A stretch of DNA of 64,000 nt. Origin: Patescibacteria group bacterium (GTDB taxonomy: Bacteria > Patescibacteriota > UBA1384 > GWA2-35-9 > JBASTP01). The DNA is taken from contig JBASTP010000006.1 in NCBI GenBank assembly GCA_049274945.1, forward strand, positions 96,529 to 160,528, written 5' to 3'. The notes beneath the pieces are model-generated. The model did not search any database. It saw only the letters and a program-made list of their open reading frames with translations, and was not told the origin of the DNA. The position numbers and the translations under genes are program-made. Position 1 is the first letter of the stretch; every line of letters begins with the position of its first letter. Shown in pieces: positions 42,474 through 52,428 of this stretch.

Positions 42474-44218
42474 TCGTCATCTCCTCTCGGTTGTCGCTTT
42501 TTCTCGCCGTACCTGCGTGCCTTATTCTTGGGCGGGCGCTCTCGTCTTGCCGGTCGCTCACTGGCTTGCTTGGGTCGCAAACTTGCTTCAAGCGTGGTGA
42601 GCTGCGTACTCACTTCCCCCATCTTGAAGGTACTCCCGGCTATAGCGGGCTCGTGTCTCCTGTTGGGACGGTTGGAATATTCGAACACATACTCGTCAAC
42701 CGCCTGAGCCACATGCGCCAGGTCAATGTCCGAAGGGGTCTCCACTCGTTTGCAGTGGTCGGTATCGCGCTGGCCATCAGCCATCGCGACATACAGGTTG
42801 ACTTCGCCGTTTCCCGTGACTTCGGCGCGCAGTTTGCCCCGTCTGACCCCGACGCTCTTGAAGCTGACCGTAGCGATCCGCTTCTCGACGCTTCGGGTGT
42901 CCGAGGCCGACTGCACCAGGCGAACCGTGGCTTTGTCTTCCTTGGTTGCGAAGGGCAGCTCGATCGATCCTCCCAACGGATCATTGCGATCGAACAGCGT
43001 TCTCCGGAGCTCGTTTCCCTGGCTATCGTGATGCACCAGAGAAATTCTTGCCCCGACCACGTCCTGCACAACCTGGGTGTCTTTGCCTTCGGCCAGATCG
43101 GCGGCGTAGCGAGCTGCTCCGAGCGCCACGCACTCGTCCGGGTTGATCTTGTCGTACACCACCGGACTACCGAAGAGCTTTCGCACCATCGCGCGCAGCG
43201 CAGGCATCCTGGTTGGACCGCCTACGAGCACGACATGGTGGATACTCTCCGGGACAAACTGGTGGTCAGAGTCGTTCAGCGCGGCGAGCGTTTGTTCCTT
43301 CACTCGCTCGAGCAGGTGGTTCGTCAGGTCCTCGAATTGCGCCCGAGTCACCTGGGGATCAATCGCACTGGTGAGATCGACGAAATCGTTGCCAATCACA
43401 ACCTGGGCGTCTAACACCGCGGTGTTTTTGGCTGAAAGTTGGATCTTCGTCCATTCAGCGGCCGCCTTGAGGCTTGCCACTGCCTGGGGGTTGATCCAAT
43501 TTCCTTGCTCATCGGTTGCAAAGCAGTCCTGTTCGAACTGCTCGCTGTACTCCGCCGCTTTGGCGCGCGCCAACACGAGGTCCCAATCGTCGCCACCGAG
43601 TTTTTCGACCCCGCGCGTTGTGATCACGCGAAAGCCAAATGCCCGGCTGTATTCAACGATCGAAACATCGAAGGTGCCGCCGCCAATGTCCAGAACCAGG
43701 AAGATTTCCCCGTCTTTGACATCCTTGTTGCGATGGATGCCGTACGCCACCGCGGCTGCGGTGGGCTCTTTGAGCCAGCCGAGTACGTCGATCCGCGCTG
43801 CCTCGGCTGCCAAACGCATTCGCTGCAATTGCAGTTCCGGCGCGTTGGCAGGCACGGTCATTACCGCGCGCAGCTTGTCGCCGCCACTCAAGGGTGCAAC
43901 GAGCTTGCCCAGAAAGATCGCGGTCAGGTCCACCAAGTTCATGGTTTTCCCGAACACGTCTACTATCTGGAGCTCTTCTTCGCCCAGCCGGCGCTTCCAA
44001 CTCGTGAAACTCACGGCCCGCGAGTCGCGGCTCAGTTCCTCAGCTCGCCCGCCGATAATTGCTTCCTCGGTGCCGTTCTGAGACAGGAAAGTCAGGACGC
44101 TGCGCATAAGCGGTCCGTCCGGTGCTTTGTACAACCAGGGGCGCACTACCCCCTTCGGGTCAACTGCGCCTACCACCGAATTGGTGGTGCCGAAGTCGAT
44201 CCCTGCGACGTTTTCCAT
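42470..44218 (-). CDS. non-canonical Hsp70/DnaK-like ATPase
   Basis: The ATG at 44218 (MENVAGIDFGTTNS) has a GAGGTGA RBS. The track GTG at 44230 lies inside that SD. Phosphate-1 DFGTTNS, phosphate-2 LDIGGGTFDVSIV, adenosine motif VVLVGGPTRMPAL. Truncated, divergent substrate-binding region and a basic C-terminal tail (RPARRERPPKNKARRYGEKKRQPR). Confidence 0.7.
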   Translation of the reverse strand: MENVAGIDFGTTNSVVGAVDPKGVVRPWLYKAPDGPLMRSVLTFLSQNGTEEAIIGGRAEELSRDSRAVSFTSWKRRLGEEELQIVDVFGKTMNLVDLTAIFLGKLVAPLSGGDKLRAVMTVPANAPELQLQRMRLAAEAARIDVLGWLKEPTAAAVAYGIHRNKDVKDGEIFLVLDIGGGTFDVSIVEYSRAFGFRVITTRGVEKLGGDDWDLVLARAKAAEYSEQFEQDCFATDEQGNWINPQAVASLKAAAEWTKIQLSAKNTAVLDAQVVIGNDFVDLTSAIDPQVTRAQFEDLTNHLLERVKEQTLAALNDSDHQFVPESIHHVVLVGGPTRMPALRAMVRKLFGSPVVYDKINPDECVALGAARYAADLAEGKDTQVVQDVVGARISLVHHDSQGNELRRTLFDRNDPLGGSIELPFATKEDKATVRLVQSASDTRSVEKRIATVSFKSVGVRRGKLRAEVTGNGEVNLYVAMADGQRDTDHCKRVETPSDIDLAHVAQAVDEYVFEYSNRPNRRHEPAIAGSTFKMGEVSTQLTTLEASLRPKQASERPARRERPPKNKARRYGEKKRQPRGDDE

Positions 44219-44237
44219 CACTGTGATCACCTCTTTT

Positions 44238-44795
44238 TCAGTCCATTGGACCTTGATTCCTTGCCGCCGAAGAGCTTGCGCCCGCCGGTGCAGGGGTAGG
44301 ACGTACGGCTACGGCTTTCCCTTGCGCGATTTCCTGGAGGAGTTGATTTTTCAACCGCTTCCGAAACTCGGGGCGGCTGAAGTCTCCTCGCAGGTGCGCG
44401 CTCAGCATGCCGCCAGCTCGGTGTCGAAGTAATCTATCCGCTTCGGCATCAAGCGCGGCAACGGTCTGTTTGGGGAGCCGCTCTATCTCTGCGGTGACGA
44501 TGTCCCAAAACGGAAGATGTTCATCTTCGCCTTCCTGGGATTCACCACGACCACTCAGCTGCCCCTCGAGCTCGGTAATGCGCGCGCGGGCCTGGGCCAA
44601 CTCATCGGCCAAGTTCCCGTTTGCGCCGCCTGCCTCGAGCTCCTTCCGCAGGGCGTTCACTTGGTCTCGTAATTTAAACAACTCTTCAAGCACGAGTTTG
44701 CCAATGACGCCTTGCTGAAACTCCCGTCGGTACTCAGGGTCTGTTTCCAAACGTCTGAGTGCCGCTTCTACAATTGTCTCTGGTGTTTCTGCCAA
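44238..44795 (-). CDS. hypothetical coiled-coil protein (first gene of the Hsp70-like operon)
   Basis: 185 aa with long predicted coiled-coil segments (…LRDQVNALRKELEAGG…LAQARARITELEGQL…). 19-nt gap to the Hsp70-like start. Confidence 0.4.
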   Translation of the reverse strand: MAETPETIVEAALRRLETDPEYRREFQQGVIGKLVLEELFKLRDQVNALRKELEAGGANGNLADELAQARARITELEGQLSGRGESQEGEDEHLPFWDIVTAEIERLPKQTVAALDAEADRLLRHRAGGMLSAHLRGDFSRPEFRKRLKNQLLQEIAQGKAVAVRPTPAPAGASSSAARNQGPMD

Positions 44796-45051
44796 TTATT
44801 CCACCTCCTTCCTTTTCAGTTTTTATCGCCATTTTTGGTTCCCCGCTGGCGACCCACGGTGTATTTTTTCAAGAACATTGCAGAGTTGCTGCAACCTGGA
44901 ATTATACCAGAAAAACCTTGATTTGTCAAGGAGTGCACGCTGCGGTGCACTCCGCAGACCCCGCGAAGCACGCACTGTGCGGAGAGGGGTCAAGGTTACG
45001 TTGACTTTCTTGACTAGCTGCCCTAACGTAGAATCAAAGCAAGGAGGCACA

Positions 45052-45396
45052 ATGGCACAAACCGCAACTATCGACTGGTCTACCGCAACTGACGATCAAA
45101 TCACCGACGCGGATTTGATCGTGGCGCTCAACCTGGAGCGGCTCTCGGATGAAGAAAAAGCCGGATTTTTGGCGAAAATGGCGGAAACCGTGCAAAAAGC
45201 GGTAATCGCCCGGGCAATCGCCACCATGGACGAGGCCAAGCGCAAGGAGCTGGACGAGGTGATGGCCAAAAACGATCCCGAGGCCCTAGCCACGTTTATC
45301 ACCGATGCGGTCCCGACCTTCGACGATCTGACGCGCCAGGAAACGCTCACGTTCAAGCGCGCCATGCTCACCGGCAAAATGCCAGCCTCCGCATAA
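45052..45396 (+). CDS. hypothetical protein
   Basis: The ATG at 45052 has AAGGAGG 5 nt upstream (MAQTATIDWSTATDD...). The track start at 44878 has no RBS. Confidence 0.45.
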   Translation: MAQTATIDWSTATDDQITDADLIVALNLERLSDEEKAGFLAKMAETVQKAVIARAIATMDEAKRKELDEVMAKNDPEALATFITDAVPTFDDLTRQETLTFKRAMLTGKMPASA

Positions 45397-45557
45397 AGCT
45401 ACGGCCGGCAAGCCGGCATAAGTTCTCAATTTGACCCCGCTTCGTCCCACTTCGCTAAAGCTACGCGGGATTTTGCGGGGCAGGAGTCGGACAACAGACA
45501 ACCCGAAGCCTGTGGTATATGGTTGACAAATCATAAAATCTGACATATAATATAAAT

Positions 45558-45824
45558 ATGTCAAAATCAACGGCCATGACAACTCGGTTGGGAGCCAATG
45601 GCAGGGTGGTGTTACCGGCAGGTATACGCCGGAAACTCAACCTAAAACCAGGTTCCTCCTTTAAGGTAGTTATTAAAGATCGAGATATTGTGTTAAAAGA
45701 TCCCCTCAAGGCTTGGCGAGATATTCAGGAATTTTTTAAGCCGTATCGCCCTAAACCTGGTGAAAAACTTGTTTCCGAGCAGCTTATTGAAGAACGACGG
45801 CAAGCCGCGCTCCGTGGAGACTGA
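45558..45824 (+). CDS. vapB: VapB antitoxin, AbrB/MazE/SpoVT swapped-hairpin fold
   Basis: TRLGANGRVVLPAGIRRKLNLKPGSSFKVVIK is an AbrB-like DNA-binding pattern. The stop overlaps the vapC start (ATGA). Confidence 0.65.
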   Translation: MSKSTAMTTRLGANGRVVLPAGIRRKLNLKPGSSFKVVIKDRDIVLKDPLKAWRDIQEFFKPYRPKPGEKLVSEQLIEERRQAALRGD

Positions 45825-46198
45825 TGATTATTGATTCCTCCGCGCTTTTAGCGTATATCCTTGGCGAGCCAGGATCAGATCGCGTTGAATCCTTGCTCGA
45901 GACAAGTCTTTTTATATCAACCGTCAACTACGTTGAATCGATTTTACGATTGAAACGCCAGGGGGCATCGTTTACGAGCGCTGTTAAAAAAATTGAAACA
46001 TCAAATTTGAGAGTTATTGATTTCACACAATTATTTGCTCGGCAAGCCGCGGCCATTGATGTTTCGGGCAATATGGTTTTATCGTTGGGCGATAGAGCAT
46101 GTTTGGGAACGGCAATAGGTTTAGGGTTGCCCGTCGTGACTGCCGATCGGGCGTGGGCAAAGCTTAATTTGCCAATAAAAGTGATGGCTATTCGTTAG
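45824..46198 (+). CDS. vapC: VapC PIN-domain toxin
   Basis: MIIDSSALLAYILGE places the first conserved PIN Asp at position 4. Acidic residues D/E occur at PIN spacing. 124 aa. Confidence 0.65.
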   Translation: MIIDSSALLAYILGEPGSDRVESLLETSLFISTVNYVESILRLKRQGASFTSAVKKIETSNLRVIDFTQLFARQAAAIDVSGNMVLSLGDRACLGTAIGLGLPVVTADRAWAKLNLPIKVMAIR

Positions 46199-46270
46199 AA
46201 AAAAAATCCCCGACGGCGCGGGTAACGGTTGGCCGTGGGGATTTGCGATGAATGGGGGTTGAGTCGTGAA

Positions 46271-46645
46271 CTATTTGTCGGGGATGGCTTGAACCATCAC
46301 TTCGCCTGCACGAGCGTCTGTGGGGGTCTCTCCGCCAGCTTCACTCTTTCGTTTTTCGAATTCGACTGTCGCTTGTGCGGCCTTGGTTTTTTCGTCGGGT
46401 TGTGGCCTGGGACGTGGTTTCAGGGCATTGAAAATGCCCAAGAGCGTTGACCGGCCGTAGCCGTAACGGATAACTAGGTCAACGAACAGGCCAAGGGCGA
46501 ACAGCGCGCCGGCCTCGGACTTGCCCCATTTCAGGAAGTGGCCGAGCAGGAAGAACGCCGTGGCGCTCGGCGCCACGAGAATTGCCAGCATCAGCCCAAC
46601 CGGCACGAGAAAACCTTCGAACGTCATCGCATTCAACGTGTCCAT
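46271..46645 (-). CDS. hypothetical small membrane protein
   Basis: Start moved to the ATG at 46645 (MDTLNAMTFEGFLVPVGLMLAILVA...). Two or three TM helices and a charged C-terminal tail. Confidence 0.4.
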   Translation of the reverse strand: MDTLNAMTFEGFLVPVGLMLAILVAPSATAFFLLGHFLKWGKSEAGALFALGLFVDLVIRYGYGRSTLLGIFNALKPRPRPQPDEKTKAAQATVEFEKRKSEAGGETPTDARAGEVMVQAIPDK

Positions 46646-46738
46646 GAGAATCTCCAATCGCGTGTTGTAGTGGTACAGCCGAAAAAATATACCACACCGG
46701 CGTTGTTTTGTCAACAGGACTACTGGTAGAATAAAACT

Positions 46739-48136
46739 ATGTTAACGGAGGATGGGGCGCCGGGACCGTTCGATGTAGATCCCGCCGAAGCGGAAAACAA
46801 AGAGCAGCTCTTAGGCGAGTTAAAAACTCGGCTTTCGGAATTACGCAAGTATTCCGATAATCCCAATCTACTAATGCCAAGTCAGCCCATGCCAAGCGAA
46901 TTGGAGGAGTATACGGTTAACTTCGAGGTACCAGAGGACGATCGTTTTCCGGGTCAGTATACGCTTAAAAGATTGAGCCCAAGTGGCTATAGCACAGGTT
47001 CCATTGGGGTGCCAAAAGAATTGCTTGGCCGCCATGATGATTCGATTGAGGGTGATATTAGTCTCCAGTTCGGAAACGATGGCACTTTCGAAAGAGTTTT
47101 CTATATGGTTAGGTATAAGAATCAGCACGGAAAAGACCAAAGGGGCCTACAGACCGTTTTACCCGGTGAGCGCGAGGGAGATTACAAAAAAATTAAACAA
47201 GCCGATCTTCCGGCGCTCCGAGAGCGGTTCGAACACCTTGTTCAACGGGGGATTAAACCCGAGGAAGTCTCTAGGATAGGACTTAAAGAAGAGACGGGAA
47301 GTATATCCAAGTTTTTATCGTTTCCTAATGGTAACGAGTTTGACGATATTGTTGGTGGCCAACAATATCGAGTTCATCTAGAGAATACTAGGCACCCTGG
47401 TACGGTAATGAAGCATATAGGTGGCAATCGTTGGGAGGAAGTCGGTAAGATTGAACTGCCCGCACCCGCTGAATCAATCCAGCATGAACCCGATCGAATG
47501 CTTACTACCGAAGAACTCAATGCGCTCCTCGCAATGATAGGGACTGAACTTGGGGCACCGCCGATCGATGCAGAAGTCATTGCTCAAACCGCTGTTCCTG
47601 ACCCCACTGCCGAGCCAGAAAAACCAACCCCCGAGACCCCTACCCCCGAGCGCCTGAGCGAGGAAAAACTCGCTCAACTCAAAGAAGCGCTGCCACTGCT
47701 GCTTGAGCTTGGGTTACGGCACGACTGGGATGAGGGCTACGAAGGGTTAGCGAAAGACGAACGGCTGGCAAAACTGCTCGATGCCGAAACACTGGCAGAT
47801 ATTCGCACTGATTGGGCAAGTGCAAAGCTTTCCACCGAAAAAATCGAGGTCAGGAGCACTTCATGGCCATCTGGAGCGGTGGAGGGTCGAGTTGGTGAGG
47901 TTCTTTTTTACCTCGATCGACTCGGTTTCCGAACGGCTAGTGATTATGATAAATTACGATCTGCCCCTCCAGAACCACTGGGCGGGAGTCCCGAGGATTT
48001 TGACGAAATGTACGAGGAAATTAAGCAGCGAGTTGGTGACGAGTTGGAGGAACGGGTGCAAGCACGACAGCAACGGATCGAGGTGCTAAAGCAAAAACTG
48101 GGCAACCCTGAACACACGGGAGGTGGCAATGGCTGA
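46739..48136 (+). CDS. hypothetical acidic protein
   Basis: 465 aa. No motifs recognised. Pro/Glu/Thr-rich linker (PDPTAEPEKPTPETPTPE). Overlaps the next gene by 14 nt. Confidence 0.45.
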   Translation: MLTEDGAPGPFDVDPAEAENKEQLLGELKTRLSELRKYSDNPNLLMPSQPMPSELEEYTVNFEVPEDDRFPGQYTLKRLSPSGYSTGSIGVPKELLGRHDDSIEGDISLQFGNDGTFERVFYMVRYKNQHGKDQRGLQTVLPGEREGDYKKIKQADLPALRERFEHLVQRGIKPEEVSRIGLKEETGSISKFLSFPNGNEFDDIVGGQQYRVHLENTRHPGTVMKHIGGNRWEEVGKIELPAPAESIQHEPDRMLTTEELNALLAMIGTELGAPPIDAEVIAQTAVPDPTAEPEKPTPETPTPERLSEEKLAQLKEALPLLLELGLRHDWDEGYEGLAKDERLAKLLDAETLADIRTDWASAKLSTEKIEVRSTSWPSGAVEGRVGEVLFYLDRLGFRTASDYDKLRSAPPEPLGGSPEDFDEMYEEIKQRVGDELEERVQARQQRIEVLKQKLGNPEHTGGGNG

Positions 48137-51125
48137 TATAGAATTTGGTGGTCTTGATCAGGCAGTTACCGAACGAGAAAGACGAGAACAGGATGAAATG
48201 GAACTCCAGCGACTGCAGTACCAACAAGAACACGATCTCGCTATTGCCCGCCGCCGATTCAGCCGTGAGATTGATTTGAGTGAGGCTAAGGCACCAACGC
48301 CGGAAACCTCAGAAATTCCAGTAACTCCCCCGGCGCCCGAGGCCCCTGCTCGTCCCGAGCCCGCCAAAAAAACCGCCGAAAAGCTCCGACAAACCTTCGA
48401 AAGAGCATCAGCTAAACTGCTGCCCAGAACCGGCCAACGCCGCGTAGAACAGGTTAATGCCCTGCTCGCGCTCGCCAAGCGGCTTGGGATACGGCTCGGC
48501 CTCGCCGACATTTCGGAAAGGATTGCTTTTTTACGCGGTAAAGGGGAGATGCCCGCCCGCACCAAAGAACGATTGACCAAAGCACAAGAAGCCAAGCAAG
48601 CGGAGCGCGAAGAGGAGGCTCACGCAGAGGAACCGGAGCCTCTCACCACCGAAGAAGCCCGCGACGAATCATTCGGCCGGCTCGATTCCATGCGTGCTTA
48701 TGTTGAAAATCTCGCCGAGCGCAAACCGGAAAACCTGCAACGAGCGGATAGACTCTACGATTTGCTGCTCAAAACCAGGAACACCAAGTTCGACAAGTGG
48801 AAGGAAATTGCCGGTGTCGGCTTGTCGCTTGCCACACTCGCTACGCTGCCGGTTGGTGGTTCGGCCTCTTCGTTGGTAAAAGTAGGCCGCATGGCATTCG
48901 GTTCGCTCAACTACTCTACCATCGGGTTCCGCATGGGTTCTGAGTTGGGCTTGCGCGATGAAATAAACTGGAGACAAGAACGCTACGAGCAAATGATGAA
49001 AATGTCTCCAGATGATGAACATTATCTTGATTCTCTGCGAGCCGTTATTAATGATCAGGTCGCGCTGTACCGCGCCGGGGTGCGGTTTGACCGCTATGAA
49101 TCAGGCCAGAAAGGGCTAGCGATGTTCGGCAAAGCCGGTGAAGTGTTCCAAAAACTCAAACAAGGCAAAATTTTTGAATCCGGCAAAACGCTTTGGAATG
49201 CCGTAATCGAGGATAGGAAGGAACTCCTAAAACTTGGTGGGAAGATGGCGTTCTACAGCACGCCGCTTATTGCCGCGGCGCTCGCGCCAGGTTTGGCGCT
49301 ACCACTCTATGCTGGTACCACAGGCGCAAACATGGTGGAGCGCATTATGCGTTACCGTCAGTCAAGCGCCAAAGAGCAGTTTGAGAAAAATCGCAAAGAA
49401 CCCGATCCGCTCCTCAAACGAATTTTGGATCTCGCCGATCGGTATGACCAGGGATTCACGGCTAAGACTGCGACACTAGAGGGTATCGGTCCTGAGGAGC
49501 TCAGAGAAGCAATGCTCAATGCCCAGTCGCTCCTCAGTGAACGTAACGACGAACGCTACCTTGAACTCCAGCGATATCGTGGCGCTCAAGGTCTCAAGGC
49601 GGGCGCCATTCTTGGCCTCATTTCCGCCAGTTTCTATGGCATCATGAGCCTGCGCGGCCCAGCCGAGGCCGCTCGCCCGGGAGGAGCCGCTGGCGCTGGC
49701 GCAGCGGCAGGTGCTGCTGGTGGGGCAACCGAGCACGCCCACGGTGCCGGAAAATCAACTACACACCTCGAGCCTTCAAAATCTGGCGGCGCAGCCGCAC
49801 CGCTCCAAGAACGCTCTGGTACGCCACCAGATGCTCCTTCCGCGGGCGACGCTACACCTCCGCCCGATGCAGAATCTCAAGATGGAGGCACTGGAGAAAA
49901 AGCCGCTGATGCAGCCATACCAGGACAGTCTGAAACCAAGGCCCCCTCCACTGAAACCCCAGGTGGCAAAGCCACCATTGATATTCAAGAAAAACCCTGG
50001 CCAACCGATAAAGTGGAACAAGCCCGCCGGATCACCCAAATACTCGGCACCCGCCTGCGCGAAGCCGTGCCCGAAGACTTCAAGGGATTGGAAGACCTTA
50101 AATCTAATGAATCGCTTACCCGTTCCATTACCTGGGAGCACAATGGTGAGAAGTTTCTGGTCGGCGGCATTACCGACAAAAATGAGTTTTTTATAGACGG
50201 CCAGCGGTTCAAAATTTTTGATGACCACTACATTGAAGTACCGGTTGATCTTGATCCCAACGGCAAGATCGACGGCAACGATTTGATAAACGGCAAAGTG
50301 GCAACGATGAAGATTGATCTCAACACCGGCCGCTCGGTCGATGGCAAGTTCGCTGCGTGGGATAAGGATGTGTTCTTTCGGCGTGAGGGTGCAACTGGCA
50401 GCCACGAGGACATCCGCTTGGTCGCCTCGGATCGCGCGCGGCTGGATCAATATGGCGTTTCGATTGGCCGCGATAGGAGTGGCCAATTCCACATCACCCA
50501 CGAATCACTTGCCGGCCAGCCGGGGCTTAACGTTGAAAGTTTTAAGGCCTACCTGGGCACCGAGGCGGTGCCACTCAATAAGATAAATCAACCGCTCATT
50601 GATTACCGTTGGGAACTCGACCATTTTGTGTACCATAAGGATTCCGCCAACGGTTGGCTCGATCTTGCCCACCAACGGTCGGTGCTCGATTACAGCAATT
50701 TTGAAGGCAACGAGTATCAGGGCAAGGAACTTGAGCAGCGCCTGGCCGCCGAATTGGAAAAATCTGCCGGCAGTTCGGCCGATACTAGGGCGGCGCTCGA
50801 GCGAGGGGATAAAACGGTTATCGAGCAAGCCTACGATCGGGTAAAAACCACGGTGCAAACCAATTTGCCCGAGGCGCTCAAGACCAGCCACCGCAGCGAC
50901 TTTCTGGGTTGGCTTAAAGAGGGCGCTGGCAAGCTTAGCTCTGAGGCGCAGCGGTCAACGCGCGAAGCGCTTGAACGAGTTGCCAGTCAAAAGGTGGCAT
51001 TCCGGATTGATAAAAATTTCGATAGCACATATTGGCTTAAGATCGAGGGTGGCCAAAAGCCAATCCAGCTCGATCCCATTCCAGGATTCAAAGCATTCTT
51101 AGAACGGTTCAAAATAGGCGGATAA
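48123..51125 (+). CDS. hypothetical large protein (1000 aa) with a central Gly/Ala/Pro-rich linker
   Basis: Charged coiled-coil N-terminus. Two hydrophobic segments (~aa 370-400 and 490-510). Low-complexity linker (GGAAGAGAAAGAAGGATEH...PPDAPSAGDATPPPD). A ~380-aa C-terminal domain. Confidence 0.45.
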   Translation: MAMADIEFGGLDQAVTERERREQDEMELQRLQYQQEHDLAIARRRFSREIDLSEAKAPTPETSEIPVTPPAPEAPARPEPAKKTAEKLRQTFERASAKLLPRTGQRRVEQVNALLALAKRLGIRLGLADISERIAFLRGKGEMPARTKERLTKAQEAKQAEREEEAHAEEPEPLTTEEARDESFGRLDSMRAYVENLAERKPENLQRADRLYDLLLKTRNTKFDKWKEIAGVGLSLATLATLPVGGSASSLVKVGRMAFGSLNYSTIGFRMGSELGLRDEINWRQERYEQMMKMSPDDEHYLDSLRAVINDQVALYRAGVRFDRYESGQKGLAMFGKAGEVFQKLKQGKIFESGKTLWNAVIEDRKELLKLGGKMAFYSTPLIAAALAPGLALPLYAGTTGANMVERIMRYRQSSAKEQFEKNRKEPDPLLKRILDLADRYDQGFTAKTATLEGIGPEELREAMLNAQSLLSERNDERYLELQRYRGAQGLKAGAILGLISASFYGIMSLRGPAEAARPGGAAGAGAAAGAAGGATEHAHGAGKSTTHLEPSKSGGAAAPLQERSGTPPDAPSAGDATPPPDAESQDGGTGEKAADAAIPGQSETKAPSTETPGGKATIDIQEKPWPTDKVEQARRITQILGTRLREAVPEDFKGLEDLKSNESLTRSITWEHNGEKFLVGGITDKNEFFIDGQRFKIFDDHYIEVPVDLDPNGKIDGNDLINGKVATMKIDLNTGRSVDGKFAAWDKDVFFRREGATGSHEDIRLVASDRARLDQYGVSIGRDRSGQFHITHESLAGQPGLNVESFKAYLGTEAVPLNKINQPLIDYRWELDHFVYHKDSANGWLDLAHQRSVLDYSNFEGNEYQGKELEQRLAAELEKSAGSSADTRAALERGDKTVIEQAYDRVKTTVQTNLPEALKTSHRSDFLGWLKEGAGKLSSEAQRSTREALERVASQKVAFRIDKNFDSTYWLKIEGGQKPIQLDPIPGFKAFLERFKIGG

Positions 51126-51133
51126 TTTTGGCA

Positions 51134-51167
51134 CAAAAAAAGAGACAGGGTGGTAAGCACCTGTCTC
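51134..51167 (-). terminator. intrinsic terminator for the minus-strand operon 53463->51283
   Basis: Stem GAGACAGG (51142-49) / CCTGTCTC (51160-67) with a 10-nt loop. On the minus strand it is followed by TTTTTTT(GTG) (51134-51141). Confidence 0.5.
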
Positions 51168-51282
51168 GGTTCCCGCCGATTCCACGGCGCGGTATTCAGT
51201 TGATTTGTTCGGGACGCGCTTACCCGCGTCCATGGTTCACATTATGGTAGCACCTCCTGTGCTTTGATCGCGTTCGGGTTGG

Positions 51283-51636
51283 CTACAGTTTAAGGCCGAA
51301 CCCGAGATTGATCCCCTTTCTCTCTTTTTTTGCCTCTGCCGGCTCCTTCGCCGGTTCAGCCTTGTCGTCCTTCTTGGGGGTGGCCTTCGTGGCCCCCTCC
51401 TTAAAGGTGTTGACCAAGGTGAGAAGATTTTCCTTGGTCAACCCGGCGGCGCGGACTTCATCCATGGTCCGCATGTCCGCGACCGCCTGGTCGCGGCAGC
51501 TTGTGCAGTACGTCAGGTGTTGCGCCCATTTCTGGGCGTCACCCTTCGCGTCTGCACACCCGACGAAATCGACTCTTGGGGGGCGGCTTTCGCCGCCCCC
51601 ACCACCGCCTTCGCGGGGGTTTGCCATGTTATTCAC
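51283..51636 (-). CDS. hypothetical small Cys-containing protein
   Basis: 117 aa. Gly run, then CxxC-like pairs (VGCADAKGD...YCTSCRD) and a Lys-rich tail. Confidence 0.35.
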   Translation of the reverse strand: MNNMANPREGGGGGGESRPPRVDFVGCADAKGDAQKWAQHLTYCTSCRDQAVADMRTMDEVRAAGLTKENLLTLVNTFKEGATKATPKKDDKAEPAKEPAEAKKERKGINLGFGLKL

Positions 51637-52264
51637 CCCCTTGTTTGGCGGGTTCCTGCACCGCGCGGAACGCGTTCGTCCGCACGTGCAGGTTCCTGAC
51701 TAGTACGCCGCCGTAGTACGGGATCCGCTCCGTAGCTACGGGCACCCCGCCGTAGTTTACGCGGAACTCATAGATAAGCCCGGTCAGGGGCTTTTCTACG
51801 GTCGCGCCAACCCGGTGGGTGGGCAACTCTTCGTCAAGCACCGGTTTGTCCGGTGCGTCCGGGTGATAAGCCCGGACATGGACGCCGCCGCCGACCGCTT
51901 GTCCGGAACGCGCGGCGTCGAAAATCCGGACCACGATGCGGTCCGTGATCTCCGGGTCGCCGTCGGTCTCCCCGTTCTTGCGTTCGGTCGCGGGGTGGTC
52001 GGGTGCCGGCGCTTTGGGTGCCTCGGCTTGAATGCCAGGTACCGAGCCGAAACCCGATCCGAGCGACGCGGCGAGCGTGCTCTTCGCCGCTCCCCACATC
52101 CAGCCGAACCCGTGGCTCATGAGCCACGGCGTCACCATGAAGGTGGCGATGGCGCCCAAAACGGCGCCGATCAGTCTAGCCTTCGTCCTGTAGACGAGGA
52201 TGCCGACGATACCGGCCGCCACAATGGCGACCAGGAACGACAACGAAATTGCAACGGTGTACAT
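51629..52264 (-). CDS. hypothetical membrane-anchored protein
   Basis: 211 aa. Two N-terminal TM helices. 8-nt overlap with the downstream gene. Confidence 0.4.
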   Translation of the reverse strand: MYTVAISLSFLVAIVAAGIVGILVYRTKARLIGAVLGAIATFMVTPWLMSHGFGWMWGAAKSTLAASLGSGFGSVPGIQAEAPKAPAPDHPATERKNGETDGDPEITDRIVVRIFDAARSGQAVGGGVHVRAYHPDAPDKPVLDEELPTHRVGATVEKPLTGLIYEFRVNYGGVPVATERIPYYGGVLVRNLHVRTNAFRAVQEPAKQGGE

Positions 52265-52428
52265 CTTTTTATCCTCCTGTGAAACTGAATACCAGATCCG
52301 GGGAACAGATGTACAAAAAGGGGCGCCCCCGGACCTGGATTTAATGCTCTCAGTCAGTCACTCAGTGTTGCCTTGCAGCAATCTGTGGTTCCAACCTCGA
52401 GCCTCGATGTACGACTTGAACAGCTCGA

